Source: Podarcis vaucheri (Eukaryota). From it: a stretch of DNA of 64,000 nt. The notes beneath the pieces are model-generated. The model did not search any database and had not been told where the DNA came from. It was given only the letters and a program-made list of their open reading frames with translations. The stretch lies in the NCBI GenBank assembly GCA_965113315.1, contig OZ220370.1. The stretch is one strand, 5' to 3'. A program made the translations under genes and the position numbers. Positions 1 to 11,640 of the stretch are shown piece after piece (within the stretch, counting starts at the first letter, position 1; the number at the start of each line of letters is the position of its first letter).

Positions 1-3000
1 ATCATTTTTTGTTCATTTCTTTCAGTTTGTCCACAATCCCAAGGAAAAGGCCTACCATGGAACATGTAAACTGGGATGCTACCACACCATCCTGCCTATT
101 GCTGCAGGGTGAAGAGGAGAGAGGTCTGTTGCTCAAATACCATACTTTGCACTCATCCCCACAGATCAAAATCATGATGTGACATTTTGCAAGGTACGTG
201 CTCTTACTCTTCAGAGATCCATCAGTGGTTTCAATATGGAAGCCATTTTTATTAGCTGCATGGTCCCACACCTAAAAATCACATTTCTGTTACCCGTGCA
301 AGCCGTTAACTGCAGCCTCTGACATTTCATGCTCCTGAACAATCTGAATGTTCTAGGCTTGTAACTTTCAGATCATGCATAGCCACACACAGGCCAAAAG
401 TTGCAACCCCAGCAACCCTCTGCGGCACTACAAAAAGATCTCCTTAGATTATACACTTATTACGTGGCATCTCTAAAAATATTGCCACCACAAGCCACTG
501 GGAAGTTTGCTTCTGTAATCAAACCAGCCCAGCTACAATATCTCACACAAACGTAAGTCGCCTCCATGTGTGGCACAGAAAATTTGACCACCTTCTGTAA
601 TCTTAAAAACTGTCTCCCCTTATCTCCCTAACAGGGCCTGGCAGAGACATACCCAACTTTCACTGTCCCTCAACTTAAAATGTTGAGGGATGCAATGCTG
701 CCCTTGCTTAGCCAAGTCTACTTGGACTGAGGGAGGGGAAATCAGACTTAAGAGCTTTTAAGAGAGAGAGAGTCCATTATGACATACTGCCGAATGTTAT
801 GTCAAAGGAGCCCTGGTATTTCATTTTGCAGTATGTTATTATGGACACAAATTACCAAGAAAAGGAGTTTGCTAAGCCCAGTAAGTTATTAAAATTGGCT
901 TTCGTATGCGCTTATCTTAGAGCGGGGGGGGGAAGTCTGCATGTTACCATGTGCCACTGGCACTTCATCACCATAGTATTTTTAAATATTGTTTACACTG
1001 ATCCCAGAAGTACACAATATACACATTTCATTATACAGTAATCACTGTTTTCACTCTACTACCCAAAGAGGAATTATGCCTCTTGCTGTAGCTCTTCTAT
1101 ATATCTGTGGTCAGCCACAATTTTTTCTTCGAGTGCCACTCGGAAAATGGAATGGGGATCGGAGGTGCAAGCAAGGCTCTAACTCTGACAACTCAAAAAT
1201 GAGAGACTGCCGAGACCCGTTGACACCAGACACCACTCCCCTCTTTTTATTGGGGGCCAGGTGGTTTCCCTCAGGGCCTCCAGGTGCCGATCCCTAGTCT
1301 ACAGAATTGTTTTGCTTTTTTCGGTATATACACCATGTAACCTTACGTGGCAATTATTTATTCATTAAACTTAGATGCTTTTCTTATTGAGCAGCAAAGA
1401 GTTTGAACGGACCATTGTTTGAAAGACAAAGGAAACACGAGGCCCAAATCAGAGATTGTTGAAAGGCAGGGGTGGAGAAATATTCATAGAAGAACAATCC
1501 TTAACCTTCAAAACAACACATGCACAGCTTTAAAATGTTTAAATAAATCTACTACACAACTGCTGTGTTACAGTTTAACTGCCAAACTGAACAGTCATGA
1601 TGTTTTTTACAGCACAACCCTATACATTATCTACTTAAAAGTAAGTTCCACTGAGTTCAACTGGGGTTACTCCCAGGTAAGTGTAGACAGAATTGTCGTG
1701 TTAATACGTAAATTATATCTTAAAAGACTCATATACTACACTTGAGCACTGTTAGTATATTAAGCTATTAGCCTTAAAAGGACTACAATGCTATGCCGTT
1801 TGTTCTGCTGAAGATCTATTTTAAAATACTTGTAATTTACCAACACTAAAACTTTAGAGTCTGCTTAAAACATTTCTGTTTAAGCCTATCCAGAAATATA
1901 GTCTTAAATGTGTTTTATCTCTTTTTAGCTACTGTTTATTTTTTTTCCACCTTTTGAATGCTTTTAAATACCTGTTTTAACTTTTTCATTGAAACTTTTA
2001 ATGTTTTATTTTATATTTTTGCAAACTGTTAGAGGTTTGCTTGTTTTACAATCGAGCATTATATAGATTTTATTAAGTAACAATAAAATAAAAACAAGTG
2101 AATGATTTGGTAATCTACAATAAAGCTTTGTAAACCTGTTGACAGATAAAAGATGGAGCGGAACGGTTTGCACATCAGATAGCACGGGCAGATAGATGCA
2201 AAAGGAGAACCCTTCCACATTATTAATCTTTGTTTTTGAAATTACTAATACTTCAGATAGGAGGGGGGATTTCCATCTTAAAGGCACATGCTAAAATATG
2301 ACAAGGGTGAAAGGAGGACTCCAGCAAAACCCTCTAACACATAACTAATACGCATTTGGACACAAATGAAAAGAAGCACAGATTAACAAATTGTTACAAT
2401 AAAGTACGGAGTTGAAAAACATCACTCTGAAGTTGTCTCTCTAAAAAAAAAAAAAAGTACACAGCAAGAAAAAAGACAGCTGTGTAAAAATAAAATGTTT
2501 GTTATCTCAACAGCATTTAATGCAACAATTTGCAAAGCCAACAGACAGAAACTGTGGGCAATTCTGAACTCTTTACACAATGCTGAAAAGGTATTTCCCT
2601 CAGTATTCTGGTTGTATTCTAGTATTAAATGATCTGAAACAATTTCTGAATAAATAATTGTCAAGGACATTTTTACGCAACTTTTAAAACAAGATAATTC
2701 CACCCTATACCATAAAACTATCAAGAGTCTCTTTTATCAGCAAAACGAAGGAGAGACACTTCCTAACCATTGGAGGGGTGGGGGGAGAAAACAAATAATA
2801 AGCAAAGAACATACACGTACCCCACTTAGAATTTCCCCTCGAAATTTCACAGTGACGGGAGGTTCTAAGCCTTTCGGAATGGCCAGCGCAGCCCTGTGTT
2901 AAATGAAGTGGGTGTGCATTTTGACAGTCTTAAATGGAGCCAGACTTTTGCCTCTTAATAGTGTAATAGTGTAATAGTAACTAGCACTACTTATGAAGTC

Positions 3001-4630
3001 AAAGTATTTTAGCCTCTATTCCAAACAATGTGTTTGAATGGAACTTATTTCTAACAACCGGTGATGGACTAGAGAAAAAGAGTTTGTCCTGTCTATTATC
3101 TCTTCCCTGAATGGCAGTAAACTTGAGTACAGTTTTGAACAAGAAGTAGTAGTAGTACATAGTAGTTAAGCAATCGGCTAAACATCCCAAAATGCATCCA
3201 CAGTTACAAGCATAAAGGGTTTTATTTTAAAAATAATAATTATAGGATTGGAATCAAAGTAAGTAAAGCTGAATATTTGTTTTCTTATAACTAGCATGTG
3301 CAATTTTACAGGGGTGTACACAGAGTTTGGTCTACCTCATTTAATTAGGAGGCTACTCAGAGACACAAAATCTTCCTGACAGAAGAGATCATTACACTAA
3401 TGTAAAATCATTATATGATATATATCTCAATGTTCACTACGTCAACCTCTAGACACGAAACGAAAACCAAACAAAATCTGTGAAATATTAGGGAACAAGG
3501 GAGATGCATGGAAATTCTATAGCTTGCTAGGCTATCACGTTGGAACAAGAAACTTTCTCTGGATACAGAATGATTCGATTTTAACCAATGTAGGTACAAA
3601 AATATTACAAGAAGCTGACCGATCACAGACACCTCACATTTACCAGCAATTCAAACATTACCTGGAATTATAGCATCTAGGAGAACTCGTTCCTTTTTCT
3701 TTCGAATCTTAAACAGATCCTACCTGCTTTCAATCAAGCAAACACTATTTGGGACGACTCTTCTCTCTCCAATAACAAACTTCAAGAGGAAGATAAATGT
3801 TCATTTTAAGATATGAAAGTCTCCCCAGTCCTAGTCCCAACTGAAAGTCCTTTCGTATCAGGCTGCGAATGGTTTGAGTGTCGTTCTCGGTTATACGTAC
3901 AGCGTTTGAGCTACCCAGAGTGATTTGTTTTATGGCATTTCCACTGTGGTAAAGTTTGGTCTGAAATTCCTTTTCACATAAAAAAAAGAAAAGGAAAAGG
4001 GAAGTCACAGTCTGCAACCAGGAAGGAAGGAAAATAGAGATTTCTATACAGTCAGAATTGTTCAGATTATAAAGCATTTTGTTTGGTCCCAGCTTCCTTT
4101 CTCCTCAAACGTATATCGGATTCTTTTGAGGCAAGAAATTCCGAATGCTCTATGAAGCCAGTAGCTTCTTAAACCACAATTCTCCTTTCACCCAGTAAGG
4201 CAAATTCCACAGCTGCCCCCTTCCTTGCTTCTTTTTTTACTTTGGCGTTTGAAAAATTCCTCCTTCACATTGACAATGAAGGCTTCTGAAACAAAAGTTG
4301 TTGTGTGCATCTGTTTAATTGCTAGTGGTTCCAATTACAATTGTGTGCTACTCAGAAAAACATACTGCAAAGTAGTTTTATTGTGCTCATAAAACAACAG
4401 GTTGTTTGGACAAATGAAAGAGGAAGTGGGAAAGGTGAGGTATGCAACATTTTTGTACTGTCTTCAGAGCTAAGAAATGTCTGGAGTAGCAAGGAATTCT
4501 GAAGAAGTTGTTCCAAGCCATCCATTCTGACAGATTCTTAGCTATAGAAGCATTTCAGTGATTCTTCTGGAAGTTTGCACAGTGGTATCATAAACTCAAA
4601 ATGTATATAAAGCCATAGGATGCTCGAGAC

Positions 4631-4854
4631 AAGAAAGAAGATTCCACCTAAACATTAGGAAGAACTTCCTGACAGTAAGAGCTGTTCGACAGTGGAATTT
4701 GCTGCCAAGGAGTGTGGTGGAGTCTCCTTCTTTGGAGGTCTTTAAGCAGAGGCTTGACAACCATATGTCAGGAGTGCTCTGATGGTGTTTTCTGCTTGGC
4801 AGGGGGTTGGACTCGATGGCCCTTGTGGTCTCTTCCAACTCTATGATTCTATGA
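4631..4854 (+). mobile_element. CR1 LINE 3' fragment (young family)
   Basis: Encodes ...[42 protein letters not shown]; ends with the CR1 tail CTATGATTCTATGA; near-identical to 29219-29797. Confidence 0.95.
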
Positions 4855-4944
4855 GACATCTACTGTACAAATCATTTGTACAGGTTTTTAAATCATCAGA
4901 CTCCATATGCCAGACCTATGCCCAATGATTTGCTGCTATTTATA

Positions 4945-5806
4945 ATTCATCATGCGAAAGGCTGGGCTGGATGAATCCCAAGCCGGAATTAAGATTGCCG
5001 GAAGAAATATCAACAACCTCAGATATGCAGATGACACAACCTTGATGGCAGAAAGTGAAGAGGAATTAAAGAACCTTTTAATGAGGGTGAAAGAGGAGAG
5101 CGCAAAATATGGTCTGAAGCTCAACATCAAAAAAACGAAGATCATGGCCACTGGGCCCATCACCTCCTGGCAAATAGATGGGGAAGAAATGGAGGCAGTG
5201 AGAGATTTTACTTTCTTGGGCTCCATGATCAGTGCAGATGGTGACAGCAGTCACGAAATTAAAAGACGCCTGCTCCTTGGGAGAAAGGCGATGTCAAACC
5301 TAGACAACATCTTAAAAAGCAGAGACATCACCTTGCCAACAAAGGTCCGTATAGTAAAAGCCATGGTTTTCCCAGTAGTGATGTATGGAAGTGAGAGCTG
5401 GACCATAAAGAAGGCTGATCGCCGAAGAATTGATGCTTTTGAATTATGGTGCTGGAGGAGACTCTTGAGAGTCCCATGGACTGCAAGAAGATCAAACCTC
5501 TCCATTCTGAAGGAAATCAGCCCTGAGTGCTCACTGGAAGGACAGATCGTGAAGCTGAGGCTCCAATACTTTGGCCACCTCATGAGAAGAGAGGACTCCC
5601 TGGAAAAGACCCTGATGTTGGGAAAGATGGAGGGCACAAGGAGAAGGGGACGACAGAGAATGAGATGGTTGGATGGTGTTCTTGAAGCTACTAGCATGAG
5701 TTTGATCAAACTGCGGAAGGCAGCGGAGGACAGAAGTGCCTGGCGTGCTCTGGTCCATGGGGTCACGAAGAGTCGGACACGACTAAACGACTAAACAACA
5801 ACAACA
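4945..5806 (+). mobile_element. BovB (RTE-clade) LINE, 5'-truncated, uninterrupted 280-aa RT C-terminal ORF (4952-5794)
   Basis: RYADD RT motif and AFELWCWRRLLRVPWTARRSN...KSRTRL typical of BovB; (CAA)n tail; possible TATTT TSD. Confidence 0.97.
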
Positions 5807-6094
5807 TATTTCCCCCAGTATTTGTGAGTACCATTTTCCAAAAGCTTTCTGAAGTACCAATTTCTAAAAACTTATTTTTAAAGTAAGAGAATCCAAGCAC
5901 GGTGGGCATGTACCTTTCACCAGGGCTCCTTGAAAAGTTGTGTTTTAAAATATTCAGCTGCATCCACTAGCCCATTCACAACACATCTTTCATTACTGAA
6001 TTTATTTACAATCCTTCAAGATTAATTTCCAACTGATACCATTTATCTCTTCATTTGCCTGGGCCATTAAGAACAATGCAACTGGAAAGAAATA

Positions 6095-6335
6095 CAGTCA
6101 AACCTCGGTTCTTGAATGGCTCCGTTTTCGAACATTTCGGCTCCCAAACACCAAAAACCCGGAAGTAAATGCTCTAGTTTTCGAATGTTTTTTGGAACCC
6201 AAACGTCCGACACAGCTTCCTCTTGAGTGCAAGAAGTTCTTGAAACGAATCAGAAGCCGCGTCTCAGTTGTCTAATGTTTCTGGAGTCAAACGGACTCCC
6301 AGAACGGATTACGTTCGACAACTGAGGTTTGATCG
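6095..6335. mobile_element. Tc1/mariner-pogo (Tigger-like) MITE
   Basis: TIRs CAGTCAAACCTCGGTT / AACTGAGGTTTGATCG; TA at the left flank. Confidence 0.8.
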
Positions 6336-6848
6336 CAGCAGCAATAATACCTAGCATTTGTAACGTCCAAATTATGTTACAATGGATACGTCCACATGCA
6401 GCACTAAACCATGGGTAAACTATGATATTATGTGAAAGGGTCTTAACGGTCTAAAGCAAAGCATCAAGCTTACGTGCACCCCACTTTTCCTATCTTGTTC
6501 CCATGAGCCCAATATATTTAGTGTTGCATTTGAATCAAGGAACTTTATTAAAACAAACTCTTGCGTCATAGGAAGCCAACTTGAAATCGTAGATTATGAA
6601 GCTAATTATGAAGTTAATCTTTATTTTAAACCAGGATCCTTGGTTCAAATGGAATAGTAAGTGGAGATTCCTTAAAAGTGAAAATATACTCCAGCAATGT
6701 TCTCCTCCCATGGTGGCATGGAAGAAAAGTTTGGAAGACTTTGTGCATTGGGGCTCACCCACATAGCTCTAAACTGCTGTTTAGTGTTAAGCAACGCATC
6801 TGCAAGCTCTAACACTTAGTGCTGTGCTGAAAAATTCTCCCACATTTT

Positions 6849-7008
6849 AGATGCGGTTTAGTCATGCTGGCCACATGACCCCAAAAAAAGCTGTCTGCGG
6901 ACAAACACCAGGTCCCTCGGCCTGAAAGCAGAGATGAGCACCGCACCCCGTAGTCAAATTTGACTGGACTTAACCATCCAGGGGTCCTTTACCTTTTTTT
7001 ACCTTTAC
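6849..7008 (+). mobile_element. Sauria SINE 3' half
   Basis: AGTCATGCTGGCCACATGACC core and (ACCTTT)n tail. Confidence 0.9.
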
Positions 7009-7890
7009 CATTCAATCAAAGAGGAAATAAATTACACTTGAGATTTTTCAAATGGGAGAAAATGTTTCTGTGAAATCCTTATGGAGCGCATGGTTTTTGC
7101 CACATTTTCCTTAACTTTGGGGTGGCTGACTGGTGTTTGCAAATCACTTTTCTTTCATTCTACAAATCATCTCACCAGCACTCTCCAGCCTTCCCAAGTC
7201 CCAACACTTCAATTTAAAGTCCAGGGAGCCCAAGCTTTCCATGGGGCTTTTTTCAGATCAAGAAGGGTAGGCAGCAAAGGAGGCTGCTGAGTGCTGGAGA
7301 AATATATCCTGGAAAGGGGCACCTTGCAGTGATAAGGTAAGCTCAGAACCACATGCCAACCAAAATTCTAAAGAAATTCCAAATTACTTTTAAAGTGCTC
7401 TGAGAATGCGGCAGGAAAATGGAAGCCTGTTTCACACAAGGTAAAACTGGATGACAGTTTTGGGCAGTATTGGTAACCCTATAAAGAAGGCTGGAGCCAA
7501 AGCTGAGATATAATAGTTGGCCCAAGGCAACACAGCCTGTTCGCAGGCATGTTGATTCAAAAGTAAACCCTACTGATTCCAGGAAGACTTAGTCCCAAAT
7601 AATTAGATGCAGGGCGGCAGCCTGAGCAAGTTAATGATTGGTGTTAAGATTTGAACTGGGTATATTCAACGTTCTTAGCTTCTGAACTACACTACTGTGA
7701 ACTCCCAGCTCACAGAATGGCTTGAAAGAATGCTCCGTGCAACTAACTTGAGATTTAGGCACTACACTGAATAAGATGAAACCCATAATAAAGGAGAGAG
7801 AGAACAAGTCCACCAACAGCTATTAGTCAGATTACCCAAACTGAGCCACTGTGTTCATAGAGTTTGAAAGTAGATGATTCAGAAAACTCC

Positions 7891-7998
7891 CTGAAGCCAA
7901 GCCAGATCTAGGGCTGGGCAACACTTGGGATGAGACTGCCTAGGAACTCTCTGTATGTCACCTCGAGCTCTATTGAAGAAAGGTGGGAAATTAATCTA
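7891..7998 (+). mobile_element. Degenerate 5S rRNA-derived SINE fragment
   Basis: GAAGCCAAGCCAGATCTAGGGCTGGGCAACACTTGGGATGAGACTGCCTAGGAA aligns to the 3' half of 5S rRNA (box A/C region), followed by an AT-rich tail. Confidence 0.55.
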
Positions 7999-8480
7999 TT
8001 TAAAGAATCACCATTTGTAAGGAAACAAACCATGGGGGAAAGAGTGGTTGCTTTCATTTCCTACTTGTAAGCTACCCAAAATTGGTTCCGGATTACCACT
8101 TTTGGGAACTCTTGGTCTGATCCAGCAAAGCTCTTATTACAAGAAGACTGGAGTAAAAGTTGTTTTTGAAAGCCGGGTTAAGTTGCCAGGGCTTGATAAA
8201 AGTAAGTGGCAAGTATCTCCCTAGATTATCGTAGCAGTCAAGTTTAGAGGAAGATTCCCCTCTGCACCTTCACAGAAAGTGATAAAGAAGCTAAACAAGC
8301 TGTCAGTGATCCAAAGGAGTCGCTGAATCCCAACAGTAATATTGCTGGCAAGACGCAGTGGTGATATTTGGCAAGATATCAGGGCTCTATACTCTTCACC
8401 CCATTCTACCAAAGGATAGCACTGACCACTACTGCTCCCACTGCAGCTCACCAAACAAGACTGGATCGTGTCCCGCCTGA

Positions 8481-8617
8481 CAGTGGTTCTCAACCTGTGG
8501 GTCCCCAAATGTTGTTGGACTACAACTCCCATCATCCCTGAGCTCTGGCCTTGCTAGCTAGGGGTGATGAGAGTTGTAGTTCAACATCATCTGGGGAGCC
8601 ACAGGTTGAGAAAGGCA
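8481..8617. mobile_element. ~140-bp palindromic hAT-type MITE
   Basis: CAGTGGTTCTCAACCTGTGG ... CCACAGGTTGAGAAAGGC with internal inverted ACTACAACTCCCATCA/TGATGAGAGTTGTAGT. Related copies at ~30885-30985, 36930-37060, 46846-46985. Confidence 0.85.
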
Positions 8618-9127
8618 GCATTAGAAGATGGATGCCCAATAATATCCTATGAAAACTATTTTACCCAAACAACAGTTGTTTTGAAAACTCCTCCCACCCT
8701 TCAGCGTACATCAGTTGTTCGGTGAAGGGTGTAGCTCAATTGGAGAGCAGTAGCTTCCAGTGTTAAAAACTCCCATTGTTCTAGGCACATTCTAGGCACA
8801 AGGAATTTCATTAGCGCGAGCAGTTTCTGAGCTCTGGGCGCAATATTGCACCTAAGATTTCAGATTAAAACTGCAGAGTGGAAGAAAAGGAGGGCCTTTT
8901 TCTGCCTCCCCACTTCCAGCTACTCTCTGAAGACTGGAAACCCTCTTAAGAATAACAGGGGTGGGTGGGGAGGGGAAGGACTAGACCATGTGAAAAATGA
9001 ACAAAATATTTTAGTTGCAGTTCATTCATTTACAGCTTTGTATTCTTGTTATTAAAAAAGCATGCCTAGACATTCCGTTGTTGCGCCCATAACCTAGGTT
9101 TAAGGTGCCATTCAGCTCCTAGCTTTC

Positions 9128-9293
9128 ATATCTCAGTTTCTAACACTGGTAGCTTTGCTTGCAGGAGGTTCCAGGTAGGACAGAGAATATCCCCCGTCAG
9201 AAACCCTGGAGAGCTGTTGCCAACCTGTGCAGAAATTACTGAGCTATGGGGACCAGTAATCTGACTTGCTATAAGGCAGTTTCCTATGTTCCC
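9128..9293 (+). mobile_element. tRNA-derived SINE (Squam3-like), degenerate
   Basis: AAACCCTGGAGAGCTGTTGCC...ACTGAGCTATGGGGACCAGTAATCTGACT...ATAAGGCAGTTTCCTATGTTCC body and tail. Confidence 0.7.
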
Positions 9294-9645
9294 AAGACTC
9301 TTGGTTAGAAACCAGCTTCCTTGCCTATACCAACTTCTCCCAATGGGCACTAAAACTGTGAAGAGCATATTCTATTCATTCATCACACTTTACTTCAGCT
9401 GAGCAATCACACTCATTTCCATAAAACAAGAGCAAAGCAGCACTAGTTATTTGCTGTTAAGAAGGAAACTTGGCATTCTGTGGGTAATTCTGACATGCAC
9501 TGACCTGACGCTACATCTCTTTAACAGTTTTAACGTGCCACACTCCTTATGCCACAGTCACATATACACTTACCTAAGAGCAAACCCCACTGAAAGCAGC
9601 AAGACTTACTTCTGAATACACATGTATAGTATTGCACTACTAATA

Positions 9646-10511
9646 CAGTGATGCCTCGCAAGACGAAATTAATTTGTTCCGCAAGTTTTTTCGTCTAGCG
9701 AATTTTTCATCTTGCGAAGCACGAAATCCCATAGGAATGCATTGAAATTCAATTAATGCATTCCTATGGTCAAAAAAAGTCCAAACAAAGCCAAATTTGG
9801 TACAACAAGAGTTTATTAAGTGCTCTTTAAAGTCACACATACTGTAAAAAGCATTTCAAAAATTGAAGGAACAATAAATTAAGTTTCTAAACATGACAGA
9901 AAAACATTTAAAAATCAACAAAGTGTACAGTACATTTTCTAAGACTCTGGGGGACAACTCGAAGAAGGTTCCTCTTCCACTCTTTGCTTCTTGCTGAAGA
10001 ACCCCCTCCTCAACTGTCCCCCCAGCCACCCACCACACAGAAATTCAAATCCAGAATTTTTTTAAAAAAACAGCAGAGTGGCCCAATGGTCACAGAAAAT
10101 CATAAAAATGCAGGAAAAAAACACACAAGCTTCCAGATTCTTGCAAACCCCTCCCCAACACCAAGTCCTTGAATTCCAAACACCCCAACCCAAAATCCAA
10201 ACCCCCCCCCCAAAAAAATGTTTTAAAAGTTTAAAAGAAGTTTTGGAAAAGCTTCAAAAATCACCAAAGTCTTCAAAAACCTCAAAAAAGGCTACCACAC
10301 CACGTTCTATGGGTTGCTCCTCGAAGTCAAGTCGCAACTGTATTAACGGTGTTATGAAAAAGGAAACAAACTTGCAAGATGGTTTCGTTTTTCGTCATGC
10401 GAAGCAAGCCCATAGGGAAATTCGTCTTGCAAAGCAGCTCAAAAAACGGAAAACCCTTTCGTCTAGCAAGTTTTCCGTCTTGCGAGGCATTCGTCTTGCG
10501 GGGCACCACTG
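9646..10511 (-). mobile_element. Non-autonomous pogo/Tigger-like DNA transposon (~870 bp)
   Basis: 22-bp TIRs CAGTGATGCCTCGCAAGACGAA / TTCGTCTTGCGGGGCACCACTG; TA on both flanks; subterminal TTCGTCTTGCGA repeats. Confidence 0.9.
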
Positions 10512-10949
10512 TATCACATCCACACCCAGTCTGGCATGTTTGGAAATACGATACAGATTTACTGAAATGAATTTTATTTCACACCGAATATAGGTTTGCT
10601 GAGACAGCAGTCTTGATTAAGCCAACATATATTGAAATAGAGGGTTGATGTGTTGGAAGGCCTCAAAACTCATTTCCCATGGTTTTAGCAGTGAGTGTAG
10701 TACAAGGCACCACTAGGGCTAGACAGATCATCTGAGAGTCACCTAGAAAGTACTCTGACAGGATTCCTACCAGCCGAAGATCAGGACAGTTGGGTACACT
10801 TGCCCCGGATCTTGGAGGACTAAGCTGGCTGACCCCCCCCCCCAGGGACCAGCTGCTTTTCTTTGAGTTCATAACTTTATTCTAACTCCCACCGTGGGGC
10901 CCAGACAAACTCTCCAGGAGCCTGCTACAAGCAATAGTGAAAATGGGAA

Positions 10950-11297
10950 AGTTAAGGGACCCCTGACCATTAGGTCCAGTCGTGACCGACTCTGGGGTTG
11001 CGGTGCTCATCTCGCTTTATTGGCTGAGGGAGCCGGCGTACAGCTTCCGGGTCATGTGGCCAGCATGAGTAAGCCGCTTCTGGCAAACCAGAGCAGCGCA
11101 CGGAAACACTGTTTACCTTCCCGCCGGAGTGGTGCCTATTTATCTACTTGCACTTTGAGGGGCTTTCGAACTGCTAGGTTGGCAGGAGCAGGGACCGAAC
11201 AACGGGAGCTCACCCTGTCACGGGGATTCGAACCGCCGACCTTCTGATTGGCAAGTCCTAGGCTCTGTGGTTTAACCCACAGCGCCACCCACGTCCC
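10950..11297 (-). mobile_element. Sauria SINE, full length
   Basis: tRNA head with B-box GGTTCGAATCC, BovB-like tail; 13-bp TSD GTGAAAATGGGAA (10937-10949 / 11301-11313). Confidence 0.95.
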
Positions 11298-11510
11298 TAG
11301 GTGAAAATGGGAAGCAGCTAACAAAAACAGAATGGAAAACCCTTAAGGGAGTTCCAGAAAACAAGTTGAGCACTTTCAGCACAATTTAGTGGCACAAACT
11401 AGCGAGTGAAAATAGAAAAATATCCTTTTTCCACTTTAGCCGGTGGGCCAACCCAACATTTGGGTCTTCATTTAAACGCACACTGAACAACCCATAACAC
11501 TTGTAACACA

Positions 11511-11640
11511 GAGTCTCGCGGCACCATAAAGACCAACAAATTTATTACGGCATATGTTTTCACGGACCACAATCCACTTCGTCAGATACGTAATATATAA
11601 TCCTTCACGCATCTGATGAAATGCTTTAAGGTGCCACCAG
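11511..11640. mobile_element. Penelope-like element pLTR remnant (inverted arrangement)
   Basis: GGCACCATAAAGACCAACAAATTTATT...CCACTTCGTCAGATAC then an inverted GCATCTGATGAA...TTTAAGGTGCCAC; same family as 45905 and 62420. Confidence 0.75.

Noticed and set aside
2-271. 89-aa minus-strand ORF after an acceptor-like TTTTTAG
   Set aside because: No resemblance to TRPS1 exons or any protein I recognise; weak polypyrimidine tract.
5251-5766. Antisense ORFs over BovB, CR1 and L2 copies (also 37097, 51896, 54027)
   Set aside because: Shadow frames of LINE ORF2.
7891-7960. 5S rRNA gene
   Set aside because: Partial and heavily diverged; SINE-like remnant.
10078-10593. 171-aa Lys/Pro-rich ORF
   Set aside because: Lies in the A/C-rich interior and TIR of a non-autonomous transposon; no transposase motifs.
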